A stretch of 64,000 nt of DNA from Gammaproteobacteria bacterium. GTDB taxonomy: Bacteria; Pseudomonadota; Gammaproteobacteria; UBA4575. The stretch covers positions 1,873,448-1,937,447 of the forward strand of contig OZ241890.1 in NCBI GenBank assembly GCA_965203475.1, given 5' to 3'. Made by a program: the position numbers and the translations under genes. Shown one piece after another: positions 30,176 through 39,156 of the stretch. How positions within the stretch are numbered: position 1 is the stretch's first letter; each line of letters opens with the position of its first letter. The notes beneath the pieces were generated by a model. It was not told the DNA's origin. It ran no database searches and saw nothing but the letters and a program-made list of their open reading frames with translations.

Positions 30176-30296
30176 ACAAACTTAAAACGTCAGCTTTCGA
30201 TCCTGAGCGCATGGATGCGCGAATAAGAGTTCCATCAAGGATGATGCAGCAGATTAATATTCTTATAATGCCTGCTAACGACCCAAAGCGGACATT
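30176..30296 (+). repeat. structured 121-nt repeat, copy A2 (full element)
   Basis: See A1. The 5' 26 nt have diverged (acaaac.taaa..gtc.gctt.cga.cc is conserved). The 3' end lies 4 nt before the next ATG. Confidence 0.9.
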
Positions 30297-30300
30297 TTGA

Positions 30301-30672
30301 ATGTTAGACATCTTTTCAAAACCTGTAATCGCATTAATTTTAGTCGCAATAATTTTCATTTTGCTTTTTGGTAAGTATTGGCGAGTACCTATTGATCATG
30401 CGCATTGGAATAAAAATACGAAGCGCGCTACTTACCTCACAATTTTAATAATTCTAACAGGTGTGTTTTTAACTGATATAGATGCAATAAGATCATCAAT
30501 TTACTGTATTGGAGCATTGTCACTATTACTTTATCCATGGTTTAGATGGGATACACCAAGAAGGTATTTTCATGAACTTGCGCCAATAGAATATAATTTA
30601 GTATTTGGTTGGGCTGGGATAATAATTTGTTTATCTTGGGTTATTTTTCGGCTCTACACTGATAATTTTTAG
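30301..30672 (+). CDS. hypothetical membrane protein (4 TM)
   Basis: 123-aa hydrophobic ORF lying between repeat copies A2 and A3. Confidence 0.45.
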   Translation: MLDIFSKPVIALILVAIIFILLFGKYWRVPIDHAHWNKNTKRATYLTILIILTGVFLTDIDAIRSSIYCIGALSLLLYPWFRWDTPRRYFHELAPIEYNLVFGWAGIIICLSWVIFRLYTDNF

Positions 30673-30704
30673 CAAGTATTTCTAGTACAAGAATGGCCAC
30701 TTCT

Positions 30705-30813
30705 GGCCGAAAGTCGACGTTTTAAATTCTTCGAACTTTAACCGGTTGCATCGTCCCTGATGGAACTCTTATTCGCATATCCCTATGCTCACTATTGGCC
30801 GAAAGCAGACATT
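30705..30813 (-). repeat. repeat copy A3: two partial, inverted pieces of the A element
   Basis: 30705-30725 is approximately the reverse complement of the A2 5' end. 30759-30813 is approximately the reverse complement of the A1 left arm (gatggaactcttattcgc is exact), and contains the hairpin gcata-tccc-tatgc. Confidence 0.75.
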
Positions 30814-30831
30814 AGGAATGTAAGCTGTCTA

Positions 30832-31194
30832 CTAATTCTGACTGGGCTCATAGCCCGCTTCTTTCAAACGCTCTTGATATTTTTTCCAATTTGCTTCTTG
30901 ATTAATGCCTAAATCATACAAATGATCCCAGGAAAAAATGCCGGAATCATGATTATCATCAAAGACTAATTGCACGGCGTAGTTCCCCACAGGATTAATG
31001 GCGGTGATATTTACATCTTCCTTGCCTACTTGTAGTACTTCTTGTCCAGGGCCATGGCCTTGTACTTCGGCCGAAGGAGAATGAGTGCGTAAATATTCAC
31101 AAGACAACTCAAAGTGCTGACCATCATCAAATTCAATTTCAAGAAATCTTGATTTTTGGTGTAGTTCAATTTTTGTAGGAACAGCTTTTGCCAA
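30832..31194 (-). CDS. DUF971 (gamma-butyrobetaine hydroxylase-like N-terminal domain) protein
   Basis: 120 aa. The motifs L.I.F.DG....L..EYLR..SPSAE and I.NY A..L.F.D.HDSGI(F/Y)SW..LY are typical of DUF971. Confidence 0.7.
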   Translation of the reverse strand: MAKAVPTKIELHQKSRFLEIEFDDGQHFELSCEYLRTHSPSAEVQGHGPGQEVLQVGKEDVNITAINPVGNYAVQLVFDDNHDSGIFSWDHLYDLGINQEANWKKYQERLKEAGYEPSQN

Positions 31195-31206
31195 TGAAGT
31201 AATCCT

Positions 31207-32535
31207 TTATAGTATATATTTTGAAAGATCTTGGTCTTTAACCAATTCACCAATATTGTCATCTACGTAATTTGCATCCACCATCACTTTGCTGCCACTT
31301 TCATCTGGTGCTGCATAAGAAATATTTTCTAACAAGCGCTCCATTACGGTGTGCAAACGTCGTGCACCAATGTTCTCTGTAGATTCATTTACATCATGTG
31401 CAATTTGCGCCACTTTTCGCACTCCATCTTCCGCAAATGAAAGCGCAACACCTTCCGTTTCCATTAAGGCCGAATATTGTTCGGTTAGTGAAGCATCCGG
31501 TTCTGTCAAAATGCGTACAAAATCATCCGCACTTAAAGCTTTAAGTTCTACCCGAATCGGCAATCGCCCTTGAAGCTCTGGAATTAAATCGGAAGGTTTG
31601 GATACATGAAAGGCACCCGAAGCAATAAATAAAATATGATCGGTTTTCACCATGCCATACTTAGTGTTAATGGTGCAGCCTTCAACCAGCGGTAATAAAT
31701 CACGCTGTACGCCTTCACGTGATACATCCGCACCACTGGTTTCACCGCGTTTTGCGACTTTATCGATTTCATCTAAAAACACGATGCCGTTTTGTTCTAC
31801 ATTATCAAGAGCGGTGGCTTTTAATTCTTCTTCGTTAATTAGCTTATGTGCTTCTTCATCGATTAAAGCTTTCATCGCATCTTCAATACGCATTTTGCGC
31901 GTTTTCTTGCGACCGGGATTCATGTTTTGAAACATGCCCTGTAATTGACTGGCCATATCTTCCATACCAGGGGGCGTCATAATTTCAATTCCGACTGGAG
32001 CCGCAGAAAGCTCAATTTCTATTTCAGTATCGTTTAAATCCCCTTCACGTAACTTTTTACGAAACTTTTGACGAGTCTCACTGGCAAACTCAGGTTTGTC
32101 TTCGCTTAAAGGATCTACACGTGGTGGAACTAAAATATCTAAAATTCGCTCTTCGGCGGCTTCTTCCGCACGAAAACGCACTTTTTCCATTTCGATTTCA
32201 CGCGTCATCTTTACCGAACGATCGACTAAGTCTCGAATAATAGAATCAACTTCTTTACCGACATAACCCACTTCTGTGAATTTTGTCGCTTCAACTTTTA
32301 TAAATGGCGCATTGGCAAGACGCGCAAGACGACGCGCAATTTCTGTTTTTCCTACGCCGGTAGGGCCCATCATTAAAATATTTTTCGGCGTTACTTCTGC
32401 ACGTAATTCTTCAGGCAATTGTTGGCGCCGCCAACGATTTCGCAACGCAATCGCTACCGCACGCTTGGCCTCATCTTGTCCTACGATGTGTTTGTCCAAC
32501 TCTTGGACAATTTCTCTTGGGGTCATGTTTGACAT
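31207..32535 (-). CDS. hslU: ATP-dependent protease ATPase subunit HslU
   Basis: The start is set at [10 protein letters not shown] (E. coli has MSEMTPREIV). Walker A is [13 protein letters not shown]. The 21-aa extension in the track is discarded. Confidence 0.95.
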   Translation of the reverse strand: MSNMTPREIVQELDKHIVGQDEAKRAVAIALRNRWRRQQLPEELRAEVTPKNILMMGPTGVGKTEIARRLARLANAPFIKVEATKFTEVGYVGKEVDSIIRDLVDRSVKMTREIEMEKVRFRAEEAAEERILDILVPPRVDPLSEDKPEFASETRQKFRKKLREGDLNDTEIEIELSAAPVGIEIMTPPGMEDMASQLQGMFQNMNPGRKKTRKMRIEDAMKALIDEEAHKLINEEELKATALDNVEQNGIVFLDEIDKVAKRGETSGADVSREGVQRDLLPLVEGCTINTKYGMVKTDHILFIASGAFHVSKPSDLIPELQGRLPIRVELKALSADDFVRILTEPDASLTEQYSALMETEGVALSFAEDGVRKVAQIAHDVNESTENIGARRLHTVMERLLENISYAAPDESGSKVMVDANYVDDNIGELVKDQDLSKYIL

Positions 32536-32542
32536 AGAGTCG

Positions 32543-33076
32543 TTACAGCTCTTCGATAGAAATATTTGTATTGGTGTAAATACAAATGTTAGCCGCAATG
32601 TTGAGAGATTTTTCTACAATTTCGTTTGCACTTAACTCTGTGTTATCCAGCATGGCACGTGCGGCTGCTTGGGCAAAAGGTCCGCCCGAACCGATTGCCA
32701 CTAACGAGTCTTCTGGCTCAATTACATCACCATTTCCAGAAATAATAAGTGATGTATCTTCATCCGCTACCGCAAGTAAGGCTTCTAGTCTTCTCAACAT
32801 GCGATCAGTGCGCCAATCTTTCGCCAATTCCACCGCAGCACGCGTCAGTTGGCCATTATGCTGTTCCAGTTTGGTTTCAAAACGTTCAAATAAAGTAAAC
32901 GCATCGGCTGTGCCTCCAGCAAATCCGGCAATCACTTTGTCTTGGTACAGGCGACGAATTTTTCGTGCATTACCTTTCATAATGGTATTACCCAACGAAA
33001 CCTGACCATCGCCGCCGAGCGCTACCTTACCATTGCGTCTTACAGACACAATGGTAGTGCCTTTGAATTGTTCCAT
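32543..33076 (-). CDS. hslV: ATP-dependent protease subunit HslV
   Basis: 177 aa. The N-terminus [11 protein letters not shown] is followed by GGDGQV. Confidence 0.95.
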   Translation of the reverse strand: MEQFKGTTIVSVRRNGKVALGGDGQVSLGNTIMKGNARKIRRLYQDKVIAGFAGGTADAFTLFERFETKLEQHNGQLTRAAVELAKDWRTDRMLRRLEALLAVADEDTSLIISGNGDVIEPEDSLVAIGSGGPFAQAAARAMLDNTELSANEIVEKSLNIAANICIYTNTNISIEEL

Positions 33077-33113
33077 GGATAAAATTGAATTGTTTATTTA
33101 GACATCCTTATTG

Positions 33114-33143
33114 TACATGAGGATGCCCTTACACTTTTTCAAG
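33114..33143 (-). promoter_or_regulatory. sigma32 heat-shock promoter of hslVU
   Basis: The minus strand reads CTTGAAA-N14-CCTCATGTA, against the consensus CTTGAA-N13-17-CCCCATNTA. It lies about 40 nt upstream of the hslV ATG. Confidence 0.7.
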
Positions 33144-33185
33144 TGCAACGAAAAAAGTTTTAGATTCCTTGGAGAAAAGTGAGGT

Positions 33186-34178
33186 TTATGCTTCGTTATT
33201 GTCTTCAGAATTTTCGTCTATGGACAAATGCTCATCTATTTTGTCACTTGACGATGCATCATGTTTTCTAGCACGTGGATGCGCACGATCATACACCTGG
33301 GCCAAATGTTGAAAATCGAGATGGGTATAGATTTGTGTGGTACTGATGTCAGCGTGCCCCAGCATTTCTTGCACCGCACGCAAATCTCCACTGGATTCCA
33401 GTAAATGACTGGCAAAAGAATGGCGCAACATATGCGGATGTACATGTTTATCTAGCCCCTGTTCTCTTCCCATTTGTGCCATGCGTTGTTGCACGGCACG
33501 GGGTGATAATCGATTTCCGCGATTATTTACAAATACAGCCTGTTCATTTTCGGCCACGATGGTCGGTCTTGCATCTAACCATCTGCGCAATGCCTTGCAT
33601 GCCGTAGTACCAATCGGTAGATAACGAGTTTTGCTACCTTTACCTGTAACCTGCACTTGGGCATTAGTCAGATCGACAGTATCCACATTCAAGTTAACAA
33701 GTTCTGCTAAACGCAGGCCTGATGAATACATCAACTCCATCATAGCGTGATCACGCAGCTTTAATGGGCTTTGTGGACCTTCGGTGAGCAAGCGATTTAC
33801 TTCATCCACATCCAGCAGATGCGGAAGTTTTTTCTCAGCACTGGGAGCACGAACATCAGCCACGGGATTATGTTCCACTAAATGCTCACGCATTAAGAAA
33901 TTGTAAAAACCTCGAATGGCGCTTAAAGCGCGTTGCAAACTACGTGCCGATACTCCACGACGTCGGCGTGAGCCTGCAAAGTTTCGCACATGCAAACTAT
34001 CAACTTCACAACAATCAGTTACGTTGATAGCGTTAATAAATTCAATAAATTGCTGAATATCGCGCTGATAATTTTCAATCGTAGCGAAGGAATATCTACG
34101 TTCGTCTTTTAAATAACGTAAATAATTTTGAAGGAGTTCTTCTGTTGTTGCCGGACTGGTAACTATCGCCATAGGCAA
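33186..34178 (-). CDS. xerC: tyrosine recombinase XerC
   Basis: 330 aa with the motifs R..ARSLSA.R.FY, HMLRHSFA.HLL and LGH..I.TTQIYTH. It sits in the conserved dapF-DUF484-xerC context and has an acidic C-terminal extension. Confidence 0.9.
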   Translation of the reverse strand: MPMAIVTSPATTEELLQNYLRYLKDERRYSFATIENYQRDIQQFIEFINAINVTDCCEVDSLHVRNFAGSRRRRGVSARSLQRALSAIRGFYNFLMREHLVEHNPVADVRAPSAEKKLPHLLDVDEVNRLLTEGPQSPLKLRDHAMMELMYSSGLRLAELVNLNVDTVDLTNAQVQVTGKGSKTRYLPIGTTACKALRRWLDARPTIVAENEQAVFVNNRGNRLSPRAVQQRMAQMGREQGLDKHVHPHMLRHSFASHLLESSGDLRAVQEMLGHADISTTQIYTHLDFQHLAQVYDRAHPRARKHDASSSDKIDEHLSIDENSEDNNEA

Positions 34179-34272
34179 TTCATTTCTACAAAAGTTATTA
34201 CTACTTTAACACTTTTTAGAAATTTTTTATTTTTAGAAGTGTTTTAAAAGATAAAAGTATTGTAATTACGTA

Positions 34273-35007
34273 TTAAGTGGCAAATTGTTGTAGTTTTGCA
34301 CTAATAATTTCGCCCAAGTTTCCTAAAAACATTGTTCCCATTCCGCTTTGGAAACGTGCAGCATCTGTACTGCCTAAAAATAATACGCCAAATCTTTCTT
34401 CGCGCTTTAACGCAACCGCTGCAGCCGACCGAATTGGTTTTTTATCGTTATCAATGATGAAAGCACTATCAATTTGGCGTTTGGTCAAAAAAGCAACGCC
34501 ACGACGTCGGCTGGAGAATAAGTCTTGCACTAATTTTGATTTCTGTAATTCTGCACTCATTTTTTTACAATTAGCCATCTTTGTGGTGGGCATAGTGCCA
34601 AATAACTGCATATTCACCAGCGTACCTGGAAAATCTTTGCGCAAAAGCTCTTGTACATTGTTTAGTGTGTCATCAAACCCAACAATAGAAACGATGCCTA
34701 GGGTTAATGCGTGCAATCGACGGTTAACTTTTTCATTATCCTTGGCAACCGTGATGAGTTGATGCAGTTTGTGCTCAATTTCTTTATTCTTTTCCCGAAG
34801 CATTTCCACTTGACGCTCAACCAAAGAAACAGCTTCACCCGTTTCGTGTGGTATAGCGAGTGTTTCAATCAGCTCACTATGGTGGGTAAAGAAGTCACTA
34901 TGCGTACGCAAATATCTTGCAACATCTTCACGCGTTAGTTTGGGAACAGAAACGGCAACATTACTATTGGAAGAAATTTCTGTTTTCGTCTTGGTTTGTG
35001 TGGTCAT
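34273..35007 (-). CDS. DUF484 family protein (YigA-like)
   Basis: 244 aa, located between dapF and xerC, overlapping the dapF stop by 4 nt. Confidence 0.7.
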   Translation of the reverse strand: MTTQTKTKTEISSNSNVAVSVPKLTREDVARYLRTHSDFFTHHSELIETLAIPHETGEAVSLVERQVEMLREKNKEIEHKLHQLITVAKDNEKVNRRLHALTLGIVSIVGFDDTLNNVQELLRKDFPGTLVNMQLFGTMPTTKMANCKKMSAELQKSKLVQDLFSSRRRGVAFLTKRQIDSAFIIDNDKKPIRSAAAVALKREERFGVLFLGSTDAARFQSGMGTMFLGNLGEIISAKLQQFAT

Positions 35008-35834
35008 AGAGTTAGGCTCCCCTCAAAACTTAATTCTGCTGGGCCGGTCATGTATACCGGTACAGCGGATTCGGAACATTCAATGTGTAAATTTCCGCCA
35101 GGTAACTGCACAGTAACTTTCTCCTCTAATAAGCTCTGTGTCTGGCCAACGGCAACTGCAGCACAAGCGCCTGTGCCACATGCGCTAGTTTCACCCACGC
35201 CACGCTCGAAAACGCGTAAAGCAATATGCGCACGATCAAGGATCTGCATAAAACCGACGTTGGCTTTATTAGGAAACATAGAATGTGTTTCGATTAAGGG
35301 GCCTAATGTTGAAACCGGTGCTTGATCAATATCTTCGACTTGTAAAACTGCATGTGGATTGCCCATGGAAACCGCACCAATCTCTATTTTCTGGCCTTCA
35401 ACTTCGAGCATATAGCTCGTAGCTTGATGGGCGACAGAAAATGGGATTTGTTGTGGTTCGAAGACAGCTGGGCCCATGTCCACAGTAACCAAGCCATCAT
35501 CGCGAAGATTAATATGATATACACCACTAATTGTTTTGATATTTATTGATGATTTATCGCTGAGTCCATTTTGTGAAATGAATTTACCAATACAACGTGC
35601 TCCATTTCCACATTGCTCAACTTCCTCACCATTGCTGTTGTAGATTTGATAATTAAAATCAATATCATTTTCTTGTGATGATTTTATGACTAAAATTTGA
35701 TCGCATCCTACACCTAATCTTCGATCTGCAATCCAACGTAATTGTTCAGTTGAAAGCTGAACATTTTGATTAACAGAATCAAAGATAACGAAATCATTAC
35801 CTAATCCGTGCATTTTTGCAAATCGAAATTGCAT
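35004..35834 (-). CDS. dapF: diaminopimelate epimerase
   Basis: 276 aa. The N-terminus F.KMHGLGNDF is followed by the two catalytic Cys motifs GNGARC and ACGTGA. Confidence 0.95.
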   Translation of the reverse strand: MQFRFAKMHGLGNDFVIFDSVNQNVQLSTEQLRWIADRRLGVGCDQILVIKSSQENDIDFNYQIYNSNGEEVEQCGNGARCIGKFISQNGLSDKSSINIKTISGVYHINLRDDGLVTVDMGPAVFEPQQIPFSVAHQATSYMLEVEGQKIEIGAVSMGNPHAVLQVEDIDQAPVSTLGPLIETHSMFPNKANVGFMQILDRAHIALRVFERGVGETSACGTGACAAVAVGQTQSLLEEKVTVQLPGGNLHIECSESAVPVYMTGPAELSFEGSLTL

Positions 35835-35897
35835 AACAGTAATTTGTTTGTGGAATGACTTTACGTGAAGTTTAAATCTTTAGTTTAAGAATATTGT

Positions 35898-36332
35898 TTA
35901 ATTCATTAAACGCACATACTCTTTGTATATGCATCTGTCCATCACAGTAAAAATATTTTCTCGAACTGCAATGTCTGCACTAGCCTGGTCAATTACTCCT
36001 TCTTGTAGCCATATTGCTGGTGCATTTATAGCGATGCATTGTTGTGTGATTACAGGAATAAATTTAGGTGCACGAAAAACATCTACCACATCCACTGCAA
36101 AGGGTATATCAAGTATAGAGGCATAGGCTTTTTCCCCCAATACTTCTTTAACAGCGGGACGTACAGGGATGATTTCATAACCAAAGTCTTGCATGGCTTT
36201 CGCAACTCGATGACTGGGTCGGTTAGATTTTGGGGATAAGCCAATGACTGCTATCTTTTTAACTCGATTGTATAACGCCGTGATATCCTCATCACTTGGC
36301 GGTGTGTAATGTATTTCAGATACAGTGTTCAT
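35898..36332 (-). CDS. CoA-binding domain protein (YccU/YneT-like)
   Basis: 144 aa with the motifs IAVIGLS.K..RPS..V and P.NP. Confidence 0.7.
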   Translation of the reverse strand: MNTVSEIHYTPPSDEDITALYNRVKKIAVIGLSPKSNRPSHRVAKAMQDFGYEIIPVRPAVKEVLGEKAYASILDIPFAVDVVDVFRAPKFIPVITQQCIAINAPAIWLQEGVIDQASADIAVRENIFTVMDRCIYKEYVRLMN

Positions 36333-36340
36333 GACAATAA

Positions 36341-37000
36341 TTACTGATGACCGTAAATTAGCATATGCCGATCACTGATTTGTTCAATTTTAAGTCGATT
36401 AAGGCCTGCTTGGGACAATTGATCTGCAACTTCTTCCAATGTAAAAGCAGCCAATAAGGAATTGTAAAAATCCCGTTGTAAAATTTCGGGCTCATTTGAG
36501 GCGTAATGATTCACCATTTCTTGTGCCTGTTGTTGTGAAGTGGGTCTAAATAAATCAGCAATAAAGATCGCGGTAGATTCTGACGCGAATTTATCAATAC
36601 AGTTCCATAAATCTCCTGGTTCATGCAAATGATGTAGCAGGCTATTTGAAATAATTGCCTGATAAGGTGCATTCAATGCATTACAGTCTTTTAATGTACA
36701 ACAATGCAGGGTGATGACCGATTGCAAATCATACTGCTTAATTTGCAACTGAGCTTGCTTTAACATTTCAGGTGCGGCATCCACTGCATCAATTTGGCTG
36801 TGTGAAAACAATTTAGCAAATCGAATCGAAATATCAGCAGTGCCACAACCTAAATCTACTATCGTACTCGGCTGTACATCTGGAAATACTCTGGAAAAAT
36901 GTTGCACGATTTCACTATGTGCTGCTTCGAAATCAGCATTGGCATAGGCCTGAACCTGTAGTGGATCATTCATTAACTCGGGTTCAGGCTGGCGTTGCAT
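36341..37000 (-). CDS. class I SAM-dependent methyltransferase
   Basis: 219 aa with motif I VDLGCGTAD. Confidence 0.7.
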   Translation of the reverse strand: MQRQPEPELMNDPLQVQAYANADFEAAHSEIVQHFSRVFPDVQPSTIVDLGCGTADISIRFAKLFSHSQIDAVDAAPEMLKQAQLQIKQYDLQSVITLHCCTLKDCNALNAPYQAIISNSLLHHLHEPGDLWNCIDKFASESTAIFIADLFRPTSQQQAQEMVNHYASNEPEILQRDFYNSLLAAFTLEEVADQLSQAGLNRLKIEQISDRHMLIYGHQ

Positions 37001-37004
37001 GAGG

Positions 37005-38249
37005 TTAGGGAATAATTTCGTTTTCCATCAATTGATCGAATGTATCGCGTTTGCGAATCAGATAAGACTGATCTCCATCCACTAATATTTCTGCAGCGCG
37101 CAAACGAGAATTGTAATTACTCGACATCACAGCGCCATAGGCACCTACTGCATATACGGCTAGCAGACTGCCTTCTTGGACCCGAAGCGAACGTAATTGA
37201 CCCAAAAAGTCACCTGTTTCACACACCGGCCCCACCACATCATAGAGATTGGAGTCGATTGGTACTTGCTCCACTTCTCGGATTTCGTGATGTGCAGAAT
37301 AAAGTGATGGACGAATTAAATCATTCATGCCCGCATCAACTAATGCAAAATTTTTGTCTTGTGTAGTTTTTAAATGTTCCACTTTTGTTAATAAAACACC
37401 CGCTTCACCGACAATAGAGCGACCGGGTTCTAAAATGAGTTGCAGATTTCTATTCTGCATAAAGGGCTCAAGCACAGCCGCATACTCTGATTCTGTAGGA
37501 ACTTGATCATTCTCAGAATATTGAATGCCCAAGCCACCGCCAATATCGATATGTTGAATCTGTATGCCCTGTCCTTGCAGTTTATCCACCAATTCAAAAA
37601 TTTTTTCAAAACAACTTTCAAACGGAGACAAATCTAACAATTGCGAACCAATATGGCAGTCCACTCCTATGGCATTTAAATGCGAGCATTGTTCAATGTG
37701 TTGATACAACGCTATGGCCTGCTCAATATCGACACCAAATTTATTTTCTTTCAATCCAGTAGATATATACGGGTGTGTCGTTGCATCCACATCTGGATTT
37801 ACACGCAAAGATACATTGGTCTGCTGATCCATTTCTTTAGTGATTGCATCGATACGCAAAAGCTCGGCTTCGGATTCAATATTGAAACAATGGATGCCCA
37901 TCACCAGTGCGCGCCGAATTTCATCACCGCGCTTGGCTACACCTGAGAACACGACTTTTTTCACATCACCACCGGCACGAATTACGCGCTCTAATTCACC
38001 AATGGAAACAATGTCAAATCCAGCGCCTAAATTGGCCAACATGTTTAGAATGGCGAGATTAGAATTAGCTTTCACCGCATAACAAATTTGAGTTGGCCAT
38101 TTGTTAAATGCTTGGGCTAAATTATTATAGTTGTGTTCAATAAGGCCTTTTGAATATACATAACAAGGTGTGCCGTAAGCATTTGCCAGCTTCAACAAAT
38201 TTACATCTTCTGCATACAACAGATCGTTACGATATTGAAATGGATTCAT
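37005..38249 (-). CDS. lysA: diaminopimelate decarboxylase
   Basis: 414 aa with the motifs YAVKANSN, GGG.G and EPGR typical of LysA. Confidence 0.95.
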   Translation of the reverse strand: MNPFQYRNDLLYAEDVNLLKLANAYGTPCYVYSKGLIEHNYNNLAQAFNKWPTQICYAVKANSNLAILNMLANLGAGFDIVSIGELERVIRAGGDVKKVVFSGVAKRGDEIRRALVMGIHCFNIESEAELLRIDAITKEMDQQTNVSLRVNPDVDATTHPYISTGLKENKFGVDIEQAIALYQHIEQCSHLNAIGVDCHIGSQLLDLSPFESCFEKIFELVDKLQGQGIQIQHIDIGGGLGIQYSENDQVPTESEYAAVLEPFMQNRNLQLILEPGRSIVGEAGVLLTKVEHLKTTQDKNFALVDAGMNDLIRPSLYSAHHEIREVEQVPIDSNLYDVVGPVCETGDFLGQLRSLRVQEGSLLAVYAVGAYGAVMSSNYNSRLRAAEILVDGDQSYLIRKRDTFDQLMENEIIP

Positions 38250-38292
38250 CGTGCTTACATATAACCCAGCTTAGTGCAAAGGTGTTTAGCGC

Positions 38293-38433
38293 TTAAGATT
38301 GGGATTGATCTTTGGATTTTTGTTTAGGATCATCTTCCGGTAAAAATAGGTCACCGGTTTGGCCACAGGAAGCCATAGCGCTAGTACATAGCACTACAAA
38401 AACGAAACTAAAAACATGCATGCGTGTAACCAT
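38293..38433 (-). CDS. lptM: small lipoprotein LptM/YifL-like (46 aa), absent from the ORF track
   Basis: I read this from the DNA as MVTRMHVFSFVFVVLCTSAMASCGQTGDLFLPEDD.... It has a lipobox followed by the CGQ.G.L.LP signature, and sits in the usual position upstream of lysA. Confidence 0.6.
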   Translation of the reverse strand: MVTRMHVFSFVFVVLCTSAMASCGQTGDLFLPEDDPKQKSKDQSQS

Positions 38434-38481
38434 AAGCTAATATTGTATAGAGTTCGCGAACAATAAACTATTCAAAACCTG

Positions 38482-39156
38482 ATGCTGGAATTCATTCAAA
38501 TCGAGACACATGAAAACCCAGATTGTGCTGTCATTTGGCTACATGGATTAGGCGCCAATGGTAATGATTTTGTTCCCATCATTCCTGAGCTAAATTTACC
38601 AAATGATTTTCGTGCCCGATTTATATTTCCTCATGCGCCGATACAGCCAGTGTCTTTAAATAATGGTATGCACATGCCTGCCTGGTATGACTTGTATGGC
38701 CTAGATATGGATAGTAAAGAAGATCGAGTTGGGCTAGAGAAAGTTACGGTCGAGATCGACCAACTCATTGAGCACCAAATAGAGTCTGGCATTGAATCTA
38801 AGCGAATCGTACTGGCAGGATTTTCACAAGGAGGTGCACTTACATTGTATGCAGGACTAAGCTATGCAGGCCGTCATGAAAAACCACTAGCAGGACTGCT
38901 TGCTTTATCTTGCTATCTACCCCTGCACCACGAGCTCAAAAGCTATGCCGCGCATAGTGAGAAATCCTTATCCATTCATTTAGCCCATGGAACTTTTGAT
39001 GATGTAGTGCCCATTGAGTTTTCCAAAATTGCTTACCAGTGTTTACAGCAAATGGATTTTGCCATTGAATGGAAAGAGTATCCCTGTGCACATACCGTTT
39101 GTGCAGAGCAACTAAATGATATTCAAAAATGGTTAATCGCTTGTTTGAAATACTAA
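38482..39156 (+). CDS. alpha/beta-hydrolase carboxylesterase/phospholipase family protein
   Basis: 224 aa with the motifs WLHGLGA and the nucleophile elbow GFSQGG, plus a late His. Confidence 0.8.
   Translation: MLEFIQIETHENPDCAVIWLHGLGANGNDFVPIIPELNLPNDFRARFIFPHAPIQPVSLNNGMHMPAWYDLYGLDMDSKEDRVGLEKVTVEIDQLIEHQIESGIESKRIVLAGFSQGGALTLYAGLSYAGRHEKPLAGLLALSCYLPLHHELKSYAAHSEKSLSIHLAHGTFDDVVPIEFSKIAYQCLQQMDFAIEWKEYPCAHTVCAEQLNDIQKWLIACLKY

Noticed and set aside
29475-30296. The repeats A1 and A2 as canonical integron attC sites
   Set aside because: I could not find complementary RYYYAAC/GTTRRRY core sites at the element ends on either strand. The ends read acaaac.taaa..gtc and gcggacatt. No intI gene is in the window. 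The cassette-like architecture is kept as a finding, but I do not call the repeats attC.
28780-30748. 9-mer aaccggttg at 28780-28788 and 30740-30748 as a target-site duplication flanking island 1
   Set aside because: It is only 9 nt and is itself largely palindromic (AACCGGTT). My rough estimate is that such a match between two boundary regions of about 150 nt is not rare enough to exclude chance, and the flanks do not extend the match.
31207-32598. N-terminal extensions in the ORF track for hslU (21 aa), argH (34 aa, to 40652), uvrD (13 aa, to 25759), glnK (19 aa, to 7063) and ridA (8 aa, to 62891)
   Set aside because: The conserved protein N-termini begin at internal ATGs. Choosing these removes overlaps with neighbouring genes, and for glnK and ridA it also exposes an SD.
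33101-33126. Hairpin catcct/aggatg upstream of hslV as a regulatory RNA structure
   Set aside because: The stem is only 6 bp, and its 3' arm overlaps the -10 element of the sigma32 promoter. The promoter is the better explanation for this stretch.
33186-34178. The tyrosine recombinase as the missing integron integrase for the cassette-like island 2.4 kb away
   Set aside because: The sequence and motifs are XerC-like. It sits in the conserved dapF-DUF484-xerC housekeeping context. It is separated from the island by hslVU and a DUF971 gene and faces away from it.
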